Source: Octopus sinensis (taxonomy: Eukaryota). From it: a stretch of DNA of 64,000 bases. Position 1 is the first letter of the stretch. Each line of letters begins with the position of its first letter. The stretch is taken from positions 47,368,001 to 47,432,000 of the forward strand of contig NC_042998.1 in the NCBI RefSeq assembly GCF_006345805.1, in the 5' to 3' direction. The notes under the pieces are model-generated. The model searched no databases. It was not told the origin of the DNA and was given only the letters and a program-made list of their open reading frames with translations. A program made the translations under genes and the position numbers. Positions 27,000 through 41,322 of this stretch are shown one piece after another.

Positions 27000-27390
27000 G
27001 GAGGCGCAATGGCCCAGTGGTTAGGGCAGCGGACTCGCGGTCGGAGGATCGCGGTTTCGATTCCCAGACCGGGCGTTGTGTGTGTTTATTGAGCGAAAAC
27101 ACCTAAAGCTCCACGAGGCTCCGGCAGGGGGTGGTGGCGACCCCTGTTGTACTCTTTCGCCTCAACTTTCTTTCACTCCACTCTTACTTCCTGTTTCTGT
27201 TGTACCTGTATTTCAAGGGGCCGGCCTTGTCACTCTCTGTGTCACGCTGAATATCCCTGAGAACTACGTTAAGGGTGCACGTGTCTGTGGAGTGCTCAGC
27301 CACTTACACGTTAATTTCACGAGCAGGCTGTTCCGTTGATTCGGATCAACCGGAACCATCATCGTCGTAACCGACGGAGTGCTTCCATCC
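27000..27390 (+). mobile_element. Full-length tRNA-derived SINE (tRNA-Arg-like head)
   Basis: ggcgcaatggcccagtggttagggcagcggactcgcggtcggaggatcgcggtttcgattccc (A and B boxes); catcatt-like flanks on both sides. Confidence 0.88.
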
Positions 27391-28046
27391 ATCATTCTTT
27401 TTTAACTTGTTTTAGATTTTAACCATTAGTAGATATTTAGTCTAGATACGTCCACTGAGAATATTAAATCCAATTTAAAAAAGCATGAAATATCAATGAT
27501 ATTAAGTTCGACTGTATTGAATCTACAGAAAACTTTAACTTCATGTGATTTGTTCGTGAAATCTTGATTGTTTCTTCTCTCTGCCTCTTCTCTCGTAAGA
27601 GCAACGGTTTTAGTTTCTGATATTGTAAGCTGCGAGCTATGATTGTCAATTTTGTCGAAGTTCAACTGCTGCATCCACCGCGCCGTTTGTCCTATCACTA
27701 CTGTGTTTCATGCTCAAAACCATGTTCTTAACTCTTTGCTTAGTCATTTCTTAAATCCATTTGGAATTATGTCACTGTTCACATTACTATTCTTGCGGTA
27801 CCAATCTGCAAAAGTTCAGACTGAAATGCATCAATGAAAAAAGAACAACAAAATGCATGTGCCATGTAAATTTTCCCCGTGTCATTGAAATTGCGATTTC
27901 TATTATTGGCTATAAAGGCCCAGGAAGTTGCAGACGTGTGCAGTGAGGAAATACGATATCAATAAGATATATGCATACATTAAGTAAAACAAGGAAAACA
28001 GTAACAGCAATGAAGAACGATTAGCAAAAGCAATGGATAAGTAGCA

Positions 28047-28128
<82 letters not shown>

Positions 28129-28130
<2 letters not shown>

Positions 28131-28684
28131 GCCCTGATGCAGTACCAGGCAGTGGCTCTCATGGCTTCTGATCTTAACTGATTGGAAGTGTTATCATGTA
28201 CATTGTTTTGTCTTGGTATAAAAGATGGGCTACAGCAAATATTCTGCTCAATACCACAGATTTGTTTGTCAGTTGTTTGACTTTAACCAGTTGAGCATGT
28301 CCCTTGGTGGCTGACGATATGTGCATCTCTGATCACGAGCAGAAGTAGTGGGGGAGCATCATAGCCATGTGTTGAGAGGGATTCTTTGGGGTTTGAATAA
28401 TTCACCTCTGGAAACATGGGTGGTTCTTTCAACATCCTTAAACAACCCTTATTCAGGGACCTTTTGAGCGGGATGGGCTACCCAACCTGAAGAAAATTCT
28501 AACTGGGCCCCACCTGCAAGGTCATGTGCTGTTTATCTTGATATGAGATCACCATGTCGCGCACATATGGTTGTGATGCATGTGCCTGGTGTACCCTTAT
28601 CAGACGGGTAGTCATGATGGGTATATTGGGCTTCGTATATTTTACCCCAGTGTCACTTTGATGGCATGAACTGCTCTCTCACTC

Positions 28685-28769
<85 letters not shown>

Positions 28770-29363
28770 TATAATAATAATAATATATAATAATAATAAT
28801 AATAATAATGCCCTGATGCAGTACCAGGCAGTGGCTCTCATGGCTTCTGATCTTAACTGATTGGAAGTGTTATCATGTACATTGTTTTGTCTTGGTATAA
28901 AAGATGGGCTACAGCAAATATTCTGCTCAATACCACAGATTTGTTTGTCAGTTGTTTGACTTTAACCAGTTGAGCATGTCCCTTGGTGGCTGACGATATG
29001 TGCATCTCTGATCACGAGCAGAAGTAGTGGGGGAGCATCATAGCCATGTGTTGAGAGGGATTCTTTGGGGTTTGAATAATTCACCTCTGGAAACATGGGT
29101 GGTTCTTTCAACATCCTTAAACAACCCTTATTCAGGGACCTTTTGAGCGGGATGGGCTACCCAACCTGAAGAAAATTCTAACTGGGCCCCACCTGCAAGG
29201 TCATGTGCTGTTTATCTTGATATGAGATCACCATGTCGCGCACATATGGTTGTGATGCATGTGCCTGGTGTACCCTTATCAGACGGGTAGTCATGATGGG
29301 TATATTGGGCTTCGTATATTTTACCCCAGTGTCACTTTGATGGCATGAACTGCTCTCTCACTC
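28129..29363 (+). mobile_element. Two apparently identical tandem copies of the ~560 bp (AAT)n-embedded retroposon
   Basis: 28129-28684 and 28809-29363, each bounded by (AAT)n. Confidence 0.92.
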
Positions 29364-29398
<35 letters not shown>

Positions 29399-29610
29399 TA
29401 ATAAAAATAATAATAATGATGATGATGATTCTTTCTAATCTGGACACGTGGGATGGGATTATATCGATTACATCTACCCCGAAAAGATGAAAGGCAAAGT
29501 TGACTTCGGCGGTATTTCAACTCAGAATGTAAAAAGGCGGACGAAATGCAGCTGAGCATTTTGTCAACACGCTTACGATTCTACCAGCTCTCCACATTTA
29601 TAATAATAAC

Positions 29611-29660
<50 letters not shown>

Positions 29661-30838
29661 GGGTACTTATTTTATCAATCCTGAAAGGCAGAGTTGATCT
29701 AGGGTGCATTCAAATGCAGTATGTAAAGAACCGGATCAAACAGTGCGTGACCTTTTCTGATGCGTTAGCAATTCTGGTAGTAAACTTAGTACAAAACCTA
29801 CTGCCGGGAAACGGTTCACTATCATACGAAGAAGAGAATCGGAACTCAGGGTTGCTAATTAATGAAATGTTCATTAACATATATATATAAAGCTTTTCAT
29901 ATATAAATCAGCGAACTGTAAGCTGTCCTTGCCCATAAAAATGAAAGGATATGCACTTCAGGACCTTTGATTTTCATCTATTGAAATATTTCGTAGTTAT
30001 AGATATATAACACTATTTTAAAAGATTAAGTGTTTTGGTTTTTGAGTAGCCCACAATGCACTACAAATAGAACAAAAACAAATGAGTAAAATCTATACAG
30101 GTACGTCTGCTTTTTTTTTTTTTTGTAGGATGGGAAGTATATAACTCCTTATAAACTCCTACAACCGAATCGTGATCCTTAAATCTTTTTCTCGTCCAAC
30201 GGTTTTTTTCGTTTACTTTTCCTTTCGTCAAATTTAATGACAATGAATTTCCTACTTGATTTAACCCCACCCCAACAAAAGCCCCAAGACACGATTTATG
30301 GTTGTATTTCGTGTGGAATGTTACTTATGGGTTTACAATTACAGCATTTCGAATGTTAAAAATCGAACTTGTCAGAAACCTGATACTGTTATTATGAAAG
30401 TTGCTCACAATCCAGACAAATAATTGCTTCGTTTAAATCCTCGAGTTACCAATTTTGACTTTGTGCAACATCTATATTATTAACGTATGCAGTAAGCGGT
30501 CGCTTTACTTGTTCTGGTTAATATTTTCCGTTCTATTTAAAGCTGGGGACTTCGTAAAATGGTAGAATAGTTAATTTTCACTTCAAACATTTTGTGTTCA
30601 CATTTTGACCGTATTCAGATAGTTTCATTCAATTTGTATTTTTTATTCCTTTTATTTTTACTTTATTATTTATATATATTTTATTTATATATATTTTATT
30701 GTTTATATATTATATAGTTTGTAATTATAATACCCAGCATAGCAGGAATTATTCAATTCGATAACTGAGAAACTAATGTAAGAAATCTGGACCATAATCT
30801 CAATATTGGCGATATTTTATCGTTTACAGAATTATTTT

Positions 30839-30924
30839 GTGTATGTATGTATGTATGTATGTATGTATGTATGTATGTATGTATGTATGTGTGTATGTAT
30901 GTATGTGTGTATGTATGTATGTAT
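30839..30924. repeat. (TATG)n microsatellite
   Basis: Direct reading. Confidence 0.95.
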
Positions 30925-30984
30925 GCGTGTTTTATTGTATGTTTATATGCTTATATGCTTATATATTATATTTGGTTGTAGAAA

Positions 30985-31260
30985 ATGAAGATGCATGGTT
31001 TAGTGGCTAAGATATTCGGCTCGCGATTGTAAGGTCGTGAGGTCGATACCCGGCGGCGCGTTTTGTCCTGGGCCGAATGTTTCTCCATTTCACCCAGCTG
31101 GCAAAAATAAGTTGTACTTGCATTTCAAAGGCCCAGTCTTGTAACATTCTGTGTCACGCTGAATATCCAGGAGAACTAACTTAAGGGTATGGGTCTCTTT
31201 GGGGTGCTCATCCCACTTTAATTTCACGAGTAAACTCTTCCGTTGATTGGATCAGCAAAA
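30985..31260 (+). mobile_element. Diverged tRNA-derived SINE
   Basis: Head similar to 27000/40718; 3' body similar to 27200-27350. Confidence 0.7.
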
Positions 31261-31489
31261 TACTTAGCAGCATTGCTTTCGTCTTTTCGTTCATGTTTCA
31301 AATTCCAGTGAGGTAGGTTTGCCTTTAATTATTTCGCGTTTAAGCGCTGAGGGACGATGTGATCAACTAGCCGCCTCCTCAAGATTTCTTGTCTTGTGTC
31401 TATAGTAGAGAGGATATTTGATTGTAGAAACATTCCACAAGCATGCACACAAACATACATATACACAGGATGAATATTACATATCGCAT

Positions 31490-31690
31490 CTAAGGCAGCA
31501 AGCTGGCAAAACCGTTAGCATGCCAGCTGAAATGCATAGCGGCATTTCGCCCTTCTTTTGGCTCTGAGTACAAATTCCGCCGGCGCTGACTTTGCCTTTC
31601 ATCCTTTCGAGGTGATGAAAAAAAAAGGGCCAGTAATCGGCTTACGTCCCTCTTCGAAACTGCTCTCGTTGTGCCAGAATTTGAAACCAA
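31490..31690 (+). mobile_element. tRNA-derived SINE
   Basis: aaggcagcaagctggcaaaaccgttagc...gactttgcctttcatcctttcg. Confidence 0.8.
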
Positions 31691-32699
31691 TATCGGATTA
31701 ACGTAAATCAACGTATGTCACTTTAAAGTATTCTATAAAAAGCACAGTAAATATACAAATGAACAATCGGCTGTCGTGGCTTTACTGAATCTCTCACTCA
31801 CTCTTCCTTTTAATCTTAGCGGATTGCACAGCAGTATAAAGGGTGACAAAGAAGCCTATACGTGGTCCGTTTTTCTGCTAGAAATAGCAACCAAATCTAT
31901 TAAATTAACGCGTGACAAAGTACACCACAGACACTTGCATCTTTAAGGTAATTCTCGAGCAGAATCAGTATGACATAATGTAATATTACATGACTTAATA
32001 CGTTCTCTTTAATGTCATAGGAATCGTTTTGAGGTTTGATTACAATGTGCCTGGCTAGCATGCACCTTTGTATTACTGCTAGATTACGTTCATTCATACA
32101 TTTCCGCCTACCAAATATTACTCACAGTGCTTAGTTATTGCGAAAGGCATTTTTCAAGATTCTATGAAGTGGGATCGTACTCGAAATATCATGATTGCGA
32201 AACGAACATTTTAGCTACTTGACAATGCCTGTAATCACAAGCCCTGTACTTCGTGTTATGAAGTAATGTGTATGCAATGTAGTGCAGGCACAACGCCAAA
32301 TTTCTGGACGTTGATGGTCTTAAACAGCGGTTTAATTCACCCTAATTTACGAGCAGGAACTTCAAATTCCCGCTACCGCCAGATTAGACTGCATAGTACA
32401 GTATTAATAAATCTGTATCATTTACACTAATATACAAGTACCTTTAGCTCATTTAATTATCCAAGGAAATTTGATAGTTGTTTGATTTAGAGTATGTTAA
32501 CCAATGTGACCACTCTTAGTTCGAAAAAAATTATAATCTGGAAAGGCTTTCGAATCAAAGGTTCCGGAAAATCGATGTTGCAGCTGTTGTCGCTTTCAGC
32601 AAAGGCTTTATCTCGTATCCGAGAATTTAGTTACTTTTTTCCTGAACTCTTCCTTTATGATGAAGGCGTTGATGACTCTGTATACGAATTCTTGCATAG

Positions 32700-33145
32700 A
32701 AGAGTAGACATTTACTGCTTAGCAATGCTGGTGGAGGACGAGGCTGATTTTATCAAAGCTTTTTCTCCTGTCATTTGATTTCTTCCTTTTCTCATCTGGT
32801 GGTTTCGAAGACTTTGGGTCCGATGATGATGGAACACCGCCACTTGGTACGGTCTCGGGCTCAACTCCAATGGCTTTCAGAGTTTCTTTGAGTTGGTCCT
32901 TGTATCTTCGAAGAGGGTAACACCGCGGTCTTTTTCCTGAAATGAGCTCATTGAATAAGACTTAGCATAGTAGCCTTAAAATTTCCCATGACTTGATGTG
33001 GGAAACTTAATTCTTCCATTCTTGCTAGATGCCATGACCATCGAAGACGGTGTTTCATTATCTGTGATTCAATACTTCTTTCTAGAACTTTGAAGTTAGT
33101 CACATAGACACGAAGCTTTTGTTGGTGAAAGCGTAGTTGTCGCAC
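32700..33145 (-). mobile_element. RTE-clade LINE C-terminal remnant
   Basis: RLRWSWHLARM; ELISGKRPRCYPLRRYKDQLKETLKAIG. Confidence 0.75.
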
Positions 33146-33421
33146 AACAATATTTTTGTCTCAAACCATCACTGTTTCCTCGGAGTTTGAAATATGCTTC
33201 CACTGGTAATTGTTGCCGTTTGGCTTGAGGTCATCTTTGATTAATCAGATTTAAGATCAAGAATATTTAAGCCATCCCATCTTCCTATTTTTCTTACCAT
33301 ATTTTTTTCAGAAAAATTACGCTCCAAACCACAATACCCAACGTGATCTCTTTTCAGACGGTAGGATGTGTTTTTTAATGAGAATTAGCTGCTGTTTCTG
33401 GAAGAATAAACGACCACGTAA

Positions 33422-33749
33422 AGTCGATGACCTCCAAATATTACGGCGTGGACCAGTATCGGACCATGGATCAGTTGGTACCGGGCCGCGCAGAAAGAAT
33501 AAATCTTTGAAATTTTACTTCTATTTTATTTACTATCGTAGTCTGCCGAGTGTCTTTGCATTGTATTATATATGCAACACACATGAATTATATTATATGT
33601 GCAACAACGTATATTCATTACATATTTAATAATTGAATTATGTATTATGCACTTTATTTTGATTTATTATGTCCGTGATCTCTTGATCCGTAGAAAAATT
33701 ATCTTGCATTAAACAGGCCGATGGTACAAAAAATGGTTAAAGAGCACTG
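33422..33749. mobile_element. hAT/Charlie-like MITE, degenerate
   Basis: ggaccagt...ggtaccgggccgc sub-terminal motifs; right end aaaatggttaaagagcactg. Confidence 0.45.
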
Positions 33750-33947
33750 GCGTAAAGGAATCTTCGTTGCCACTTAAGCTACTAGGCAGTCCGCTAAGAT
33801 TAAGATGCGTGAGATTCAGTAAATCGTAATAGTTGGCTATTCCTTTGTAACTTCCCTGTGTTCTTTTTTATATAATCTTTGAAAGTAACATACATTGATT
33901 TTTCATTAATCCAGCACATGATACTCATTTTATGTGTGTGTATGTGT

Positions 33948-33989
<42 letters not shown>

Positions 33990-35522
33990 GTGTGTGCTTG
34001 TGCGTGTGTGCGCGCTAGCTTGTGTAACATTTCTACAATCAAATATAATGTACATACACACACAAAAAAACGATTAAATGGAAAAAACGTATCACCAATG
34101 TCAAGAGGTGAGACTATCGTCCATTTTTTACAATTAGTTTCTCAGATAGCTAATTGAATAATTCATGATATGCTGAGTATTTTTACTTAAATCATCTCAA
34201 GGCTGAATTAATGCCATCGATTCAACATTTCAACAAAACATAGTAATGTATAATTAATTGTATATTAAGTCTTCATTATACTTTTGATACAATGTATGAG
34301 TGTATATACAAGCATGCATGTATATATGTATGTATCGATATTTATATATACATATATATATATATATATTTACATAAACATACATACATACACACACACA
34401 TACATATATATATACATAAACATAAATATATAAGTTATATATATATATATATATATATACATACATACATACATAATTTATGTGTGTTTTTCTTGCATAT
34501 TTTTAATTTTTACATCTATCCAATAAAGGAACTGGTTTCCAAATGTGACAGACGTATATTCTCATTGAAAATCATATAAATCGACCTGTAAGAAATCTTG
34601 CGTACTTTTATAGTGAGCATATCTGAGCATACTTATATATTATTTTGTATTACTTTACCTTATCTGTTTATCTATATATTTTCTATTTCTATGCCTCCTT
34701 TGTGTGTACGTGTTGGTTACGTAATTTTTGTTCCTTTCTTATTCTTTTAATTTCACATTCCTCCTTCTTTCTTTCTCCGTCCACTTACTCACGCATACAA
34801 ACACATATATTCATGGATATTTATGGTCTAGCGTACGGACAAATAGGTTTGAATACTGCCTCTAACCATTACATAGAGTTTCATGGTTGGAGACAGTATT
34901 TAGATGACGACGGCTGGTGTTGAGAATTCCGTTACATTCACATTATAGTGCAAGGATGGGCAAAAATGAGAATCAAGAAGTATTTACCTATATAGGGAGG
35001 TTTGGCATAATCATTATGTGAAGGAACACAAATATCAAATAAACAAAAACTAAATTAAAAATTTGAAATAAAAAAAACACTGTCCAGTGCTAAATGTTAT
35101 TTGGACTTTTAAAATCTTTGTAACATATATGCCATTGAAAGTTTTAAACTGCGAACCCAAAATAGCCTACATTTATCCATGTTACTCGGAAAAAATTAAC
35201 TGTTGTTTACTGAAAATATTCATAATTGGCATGTATATAAACCAACCACAAAAGCAACCAAAATAATTAACAAGAATTTGAATCTAAATGCCTTGAAAAA
35301 TATACCTCAATTTATATCTTATCCTTGAGTTAATATTTCTGAATCTTTAGCATATAATTAAAATATTCGCAAGTTAATATAGTTCACTCGCACAAACAAC
35401 TTTTTAAAGATTATTCGAATAAGACCTAGTTCTTCTATATATGATAAAAAGAAAAATAAACTATAAAATAATAGAACGATACATACATATGTAAAACTCT
35501 ATCATCTATCTGTCTATCTGTG

Positions 35523-35609
<87 letters not shown>

Positions 35610-35664
35610 ACACACACATATGCGTAGAGACAGTTAATACACACGCACACACACACACGCAAAA

Positions 35665-36057
35665 ATATATATTGATAATAAGGAGAATAAAGAATTTGAA
35701 CATTCAAACTTTATGTTTATCTAAAGCTGGTTTATTCATGTGTTTCGATTGCATTAATTACGTATTATTGTATATTTATATGCAGCGATTTATGCATTAT
35801 TAGTACTATCTCTTCAGGGTGTATAAATATGACATTGTTCGAAGAGGAATTTCAATATAATAACGGAAGAAAATTCCTCTTCGAACAATGCCATTTTTGT
35901 ACACCGTGAAAAGGGCGTACTAATAGTGCATAGATCGCGGCTTATAAATATGCAACGATATGCAGTTAATGCGATCGAAACACGTGTCGGAAAATTATTA
36001 TGAATAAAGTTCGAATGTTCGAATTCTTCATTCTCCTTATTATCAATATTGTATTTT
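35665..36057. mobile_element. Inverted-arm element with two outward-facing hammerhead-like motifs
   Basis: Minus 35737-35820: CTGAAGA gatagtactaat...attaatgcaatc GAAA cacatg; plus 35904-35990: ...gcgatc GAAA CACGTG TC. Confidence 0.7.
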
Positions 36058-36224
36058 ATACATAAAGAAAGTCGGTATCTGCTATATATATATATATATA
36101 TATATATATAGATATATATATATATGTATGTATATGTGCGTGTGTGTGTGTGTGTGTATGTATATATATGTACACGTATATGTATATATATGTATATGTA
36201 TATATATGTATATGTATATATATG

Positions 36225-36292
<68 letters not shown>

Positions 36293-36696
36293 CCATGCTT
36301 CAAGCATTGGGATATCGAAGAATGTAAAAAGAGAGAAAATCGACATCTACTCACGATGTGGAAAGCTTATATATTGATGGATCCAACATAATTCTTTTCT
36401 TAAACTGTTCTTAGTTCGAAATATATAAAGATATTATCAAACTTTCCGCATGATTAGAAACTGCCCATTTTCTCTCTTCTTACATTCTTCAATATATATA
36501 TATATATATATATATATAACGGGAAGGTTTACGAAAATAAACAAAACACGAAGGCAGGTGGAGTACAAACAAACAGATTATACACGAAGATAGTCACAAA
36601 TAGTTTATTGATATTTAACACACCTTAGAGAGATCGCAATACAAAATATCTATATCTATATATATATATATATACATCTATATCTATCTATCTATC

Positions 36697-37092
36697 TCTT
36701 TTACTTGTTTCAGTCATCTGACTGCGGCCATGCTGGAGCACCGCCTTTAGTTGAGCAAATCGACCCCGGGACTTATTCTTTGTAAGCCCAGTACTTATTC
36801 TATCGGTCTCTTTTGCCGAACCGCTAAGTGACGTGGACGTAAACACACCAGCATCGGTTGTCAAGCAATGCTAGGGAGACAAACACAGACACACAAACAT
36901 ATACATACATACATATATATACATATATACGACAAGCTTCTTTCAGTTTCCGTCTACCAAATACACTCACAAGGCATTGGTCGACCCGAGGCTATAGCAG
37001 AAGACACTTGCCCAAGATGCCACGCAGTGGGACTGAACCGAGAACCATGTGGTTGGTAGGCAAGCTACTTACCACACAGCCACCCCTGCGCC
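36697..37092 (-). mobile_element. Full-length CORE-type SINE with internal microsatellite
   Basis: tRNA-like head, CORE, 3' body ending ...gactgaaacaagtaaaaga; inserted in (TATC)n. Confidence 0.9.
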
Positions 37093-37120
37093 TATCTATC
37101 TATCTATCTATCTATCTATA

Positions 37121-37192
<72 letters not shown>

Positions 37193-37548
37193 TACATACG
37201 CACAAACGCACATACATACATATCTTTGAAATATTCATTTTGTATTGCGATCTCTCTAAGGTGTGTTAGATATCAATAAACTATTTGCGACTATCTTCGT
37301 GTATAATTGATATATGTCAACATGAACAAATGTATTAGAATTTCTTCAGGTGACAAGTATTCGCTTTTTTATCCACGAGGATCATATTTGGATGTTTAAG
37401 TTTTAAGTGTAAAAATGTGCAAAAATAATCCTCTTAATTGGAAACATTCATCATATGTTTTCGTTTAATATATTTTCATGGACATAGATATACGTATAGA
37501 AACATACATATGCATACAGACAGTCACACACACATACTTACGTATAAT

Positions 37549-37609
<61 letters not shown>

Positions 37610-37613
37610 TATA

Positions 37614-40268
37614 AGTTGAATAAGTGCTTTATTCAACAGTGCCATTCTAGCAACATACTCATGATGGGAGACTTCAATCTACCCTGTGTGACTGGACTAC
37701 AAACTGTTTGAAACCAAGCACTCCCGCCTCAACCGCTGACAAAGAAGCAGCAGAGTCACTTTTCGACTTTACGAATGAGTTTTTCTTGTCCCAACTTGTC
37801 CTTGCACCAACAAGACATCAGAACATTTGGGACCTAGTGTTTAGTAACCACACTAACACTATACATAACGTTACAGTGGAAAAAACCCTTCTTTCAGACC
37901 ATGACATGGTTCTCTGTAACATGAAATTCCACCAGCCGAAAGCTAATCCTAGTGACCTTCCTCCAGCCCACCCATTTGACAACATGGATCTCCATAAAGC
38001 CAACTGGGATGCAATCAGGAACGAGCTATCAAATGTTGACTGGTCCTTTACACATACACACATCTCCACCAACCATAAAACATCTTGGCAGATCTTTGTA
38101 GACACCGTCACAGACATATGTGCAAAACACTCCCCACCAAGACCTGTGAACAAAAAGTGCAGAATCCCCCAAAACAAAAAACCATTATCAGAAAAATAAA
38201 AAGAACAAACAAAAAAATTAACAAACTAAAGTACTGCCAACAGCAACACACACATTCGACGGCTATCGCACTGCTTGAATCCAAAAAATATAACCTCCAA
38301 CAATGCATGAAGACCCTCATCAATAACCAAAGATCAGCTGAGGAGAAGTGGGCCATTGAAAAAATCAAACTCAACCCCAAAGTGTTCTTTTCATTTGCGA
38401 GGAAACGCAGGGTCACTGTCTCCACTGTAGGCCCTCTAATTGACGAAACTGGCACTCTCCAAGATAATGCCAAATCCATGGCCGAGATACTGCAGAAACA
38501 ATACTGCTCTGTTTTCAGCAATCCTGATATGGCCGATCTGGGCTGTATCAGTGATGTCAACCCCCAACACACTATATCGGACATAACGTTTAGTGCCCCT
38601 GATGTCTTAGCGGCGATAAACGAAATAAAACACAATTCAGCAGTAGGCCCCGATAGGTTCCCTGCTTGTGTCCTGAAGGTGTGTCGACACCAACTTGCAT
38701 CTCCCCTTGCTAATCTGTGGAGAAACTCACTGGATGCTGGCTATATTCCAAAAAACCTTCTGTCCCAGTCTGTTGTCCCAGTTTTCAAAAAGGGAAACAA
38801 GTCCCTTGCAGTGAATTACCGTCCGATCTCACTCACCTCTCATATCATCAAGGTATTTGAGAGGGTGGTGAGATCTCGAATAACCCAATTTCTGGAAAGC
38901 AACAGACGGCTGATCTCCAACCAACATGGGTTCCGTAATGGAAGGGACTGCCTAACGCAGCTCCTGCATCACTTTGAGGACATTTTGAGAGCTTTGGGAG
39001 AGGGCTCCAACACCGATGTCATCTACCTTGATTTCAGTAAGGCCTTCGACAGGGTCGATCACAAGATCCTATTGAAAAAACTATCCAACATTGGTGTCTC
39101 TGGAAAGTTACTGAAATGGATTAAGTGTTTCCTGACAGACAGATCTCAACATGTTGTAGTTGAAGGGGTAAAATCAAGCCCAGCCAAAGTCAGTAGTGGC
39201 GTTCCGCAAGGCACTGTGCTGGGCCCACTTCTTTTCATCATTTACATTAATGACATTAATGACATCATCAAGCACAGCAACATAAAAATCTTTGCAGATG
39301 ACTCCAAGCTACAGAAGGTCATAAATGAGGCGAGTGACCGGACATGCCTTCAGTCAGATCTACTGGCTGTTATCCAATGGGCAGAAAAAAACAATATGCT
39401 GCTGAACGAGGATAAATTTGAGCTAATCCACTTTGGAAAAGAGGATGCCTGAAACTCCCATACTCCCTTCCTTCAGGTGAAACTCTCGCGGCGTCCAACA
39501 ACATCAGAGACTTGGGAGTAATTGTGGACAACAACGTAAGCTGGGCCACTCATATAAACACCAAAGTTGACATGGCCCGCAGAATGTGTTCCTGGATTCT
39601 CAGAACTTTCCAGTCGAGAGATATCCACACCATTATCCTTCTCTTCTCCACTTTTTCCCGACCCCACCTTGAATACTGTTGTCCACTGTGGTCTCCCCAC
39701 ACAATACAAGGTATCATAAAAGTTGAAGCACCTCAAAGGGCAATCACAAAAAAGATAGATGGCATGACAGGCCTCGACTATTGGGGTCGACTAGAAAAGC
39801 TAAAACTCTATTCTCTCCAACGTCGTCGTGAGCGCTACATCATCTGCATGATGTGGAAAATATTCCATCAGCATTGCCCAAATGATGTTGGCATCACCTT
39901 AAGGTACATCCAAGGCTTGGGCCCCGTGTCATCCGCCCAAAACAAAAATCGCACTCTCATCTCATAACAACAATACGGCACAATTATTTCACCTCAATTG
40001 GCCCCGCTCTCTTTAACATTACACCAAAACACATTAAAACAGAGACTGACCCTATAGGGTTCAAGAAGTCTTTGGACAGATTCCTTCAAGAAATCCCGGA
40101 TAAACCCCCTACACCCGGATATGTCTCTGTAAACAATAACTCTCTACTTGAGTGGGCCATAGTGCCCAAATTCTGACTTGAAAGACTTCACCAGGTGGTG
40201 CTATTAAGTTAGACATGGCCTGGGCCAATAATGGCCGAAACCTATCAAAGTATCAAAGTATCAAAGTA
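37614..40268 (+). mobile_element. 5'-truncated CR1-group LINE (end of APE plus RT), three frameshifts
   Basis: MGDFNLP, DLVF, SDH (APE); NYRPISLTS, QHGFR, YLDFSKAFDRV, GVPQGTVLGPLLF, FADD (RT); RPHLEYC, SLQRRR; (TATCAAAG)x3 tail; inside (TA)n. Confidence 0.95.
38085..39452 (+). pseudogene. LINE ORF2 reverse transcriptase segment (455 aa open frame)
   Basis: Uninterrupted RT motifs including FADD. Confidence 0.9.
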
Positions 40269-40319
40269 TTATATATATATATATATATATATATTTATTT
40301 ATTTATATATATATATTAT

Positions 40320-40357
<38 letters not shown>

Positions 40358-40570
40358 ACGGGAAGCTTTATGAAAATAAACAAAAGACGAAGGCAGGTGG
40401 AAAACAAACGAACAATTGTATTAGTATGGCGCTCAGGAAATATAAATAAAACAAGTCTTTAACGTTTCGAGCCTACGCTCTTCAACAGAAAGATACACAG
40501 AGAGAGAAAAACACAGAAAGAAGGAGAGAAAAAAAATGCGTGCAGTAGCTAACGAATCAACATGGCGATA
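40358..40570 (-). mobile_element. Family A hammerhead-like element
   Basis: Reverse complement of 40456-40493: tcttt CTGTTGA a gagc-gtag-gctc GAAA cg TT aaaga; (TA)n both sides. Confidence 0.75.
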
Positions 40571-40717
40571 CATATATATATATATTATATATATATATAT
40601 ATATACATATGTATGTACGTACATATATGTATATGTATATATATGTATGTGTATATATATGTATGTGTATATATATGTATGTATATATATGTGTATATAT
40701 ATATATATATATATGCA

Positions 40718-41040
40718 TGTGAAAGCGCATGGCTCTGTGGTTAGAGCGTCAAGTTTAAGATCGTGTGGTTGTGAGTTCGATTCCTGGACCGGGCTGCGTG
40801 GTGTTGTGTTCTTCAACAAAACACTTTATTTCACGTTGCTCCAGTTTATTCAGCTGTAGAAATGAGTTGCGACATCACAGGTGCCAAGCTGTATCGGTCT
40901 TTGCCTTTCCCTTGGATGATATCAGTAGTGTGGGGAGGGGAGGCTGGTATGCATGGGCGACTGCTGGCCTTCCATAAACAACCTTGCCCGGACTTGTACC
41001 TCGGAGGGTAACTTTCTAAGTGCAATCGAATGGTCATTCA
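40718..41040 (+). mobile_element. tRNA-derived SINE
   Basis: gcgcatggctctgtggttagagcg...gagttcgattcctggaccggg. Confidence 0.8.
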
Positions 41041-41161
41041 TAAATCTCCCCACATATATATATATATATATATATATGCATATGTGTATATGTATATATA
41101 TGTATATATATATTTATGCATATGTATGTGTGGGTATATATATGGACATGGATATATATGT

Positions 41162-41195
<34 letters not shown>

Positions 41196-41322
41196 ATCAA
41201 CAATTGAGGGTAAAATTAATTAGTTATTAATCAATTTCACCAATATTCAGTATGTAAAAGGACCATTTAAGGCGAATTAAAAATATTACATTATATAATT
41301 AGGGCTTACTAAAATAAATTAC

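Noticed and set aside
27003-27075. Functional tRNA-Arg gene
   Set aside because: Continues into a SINE body and the acceptor stem is incomplete
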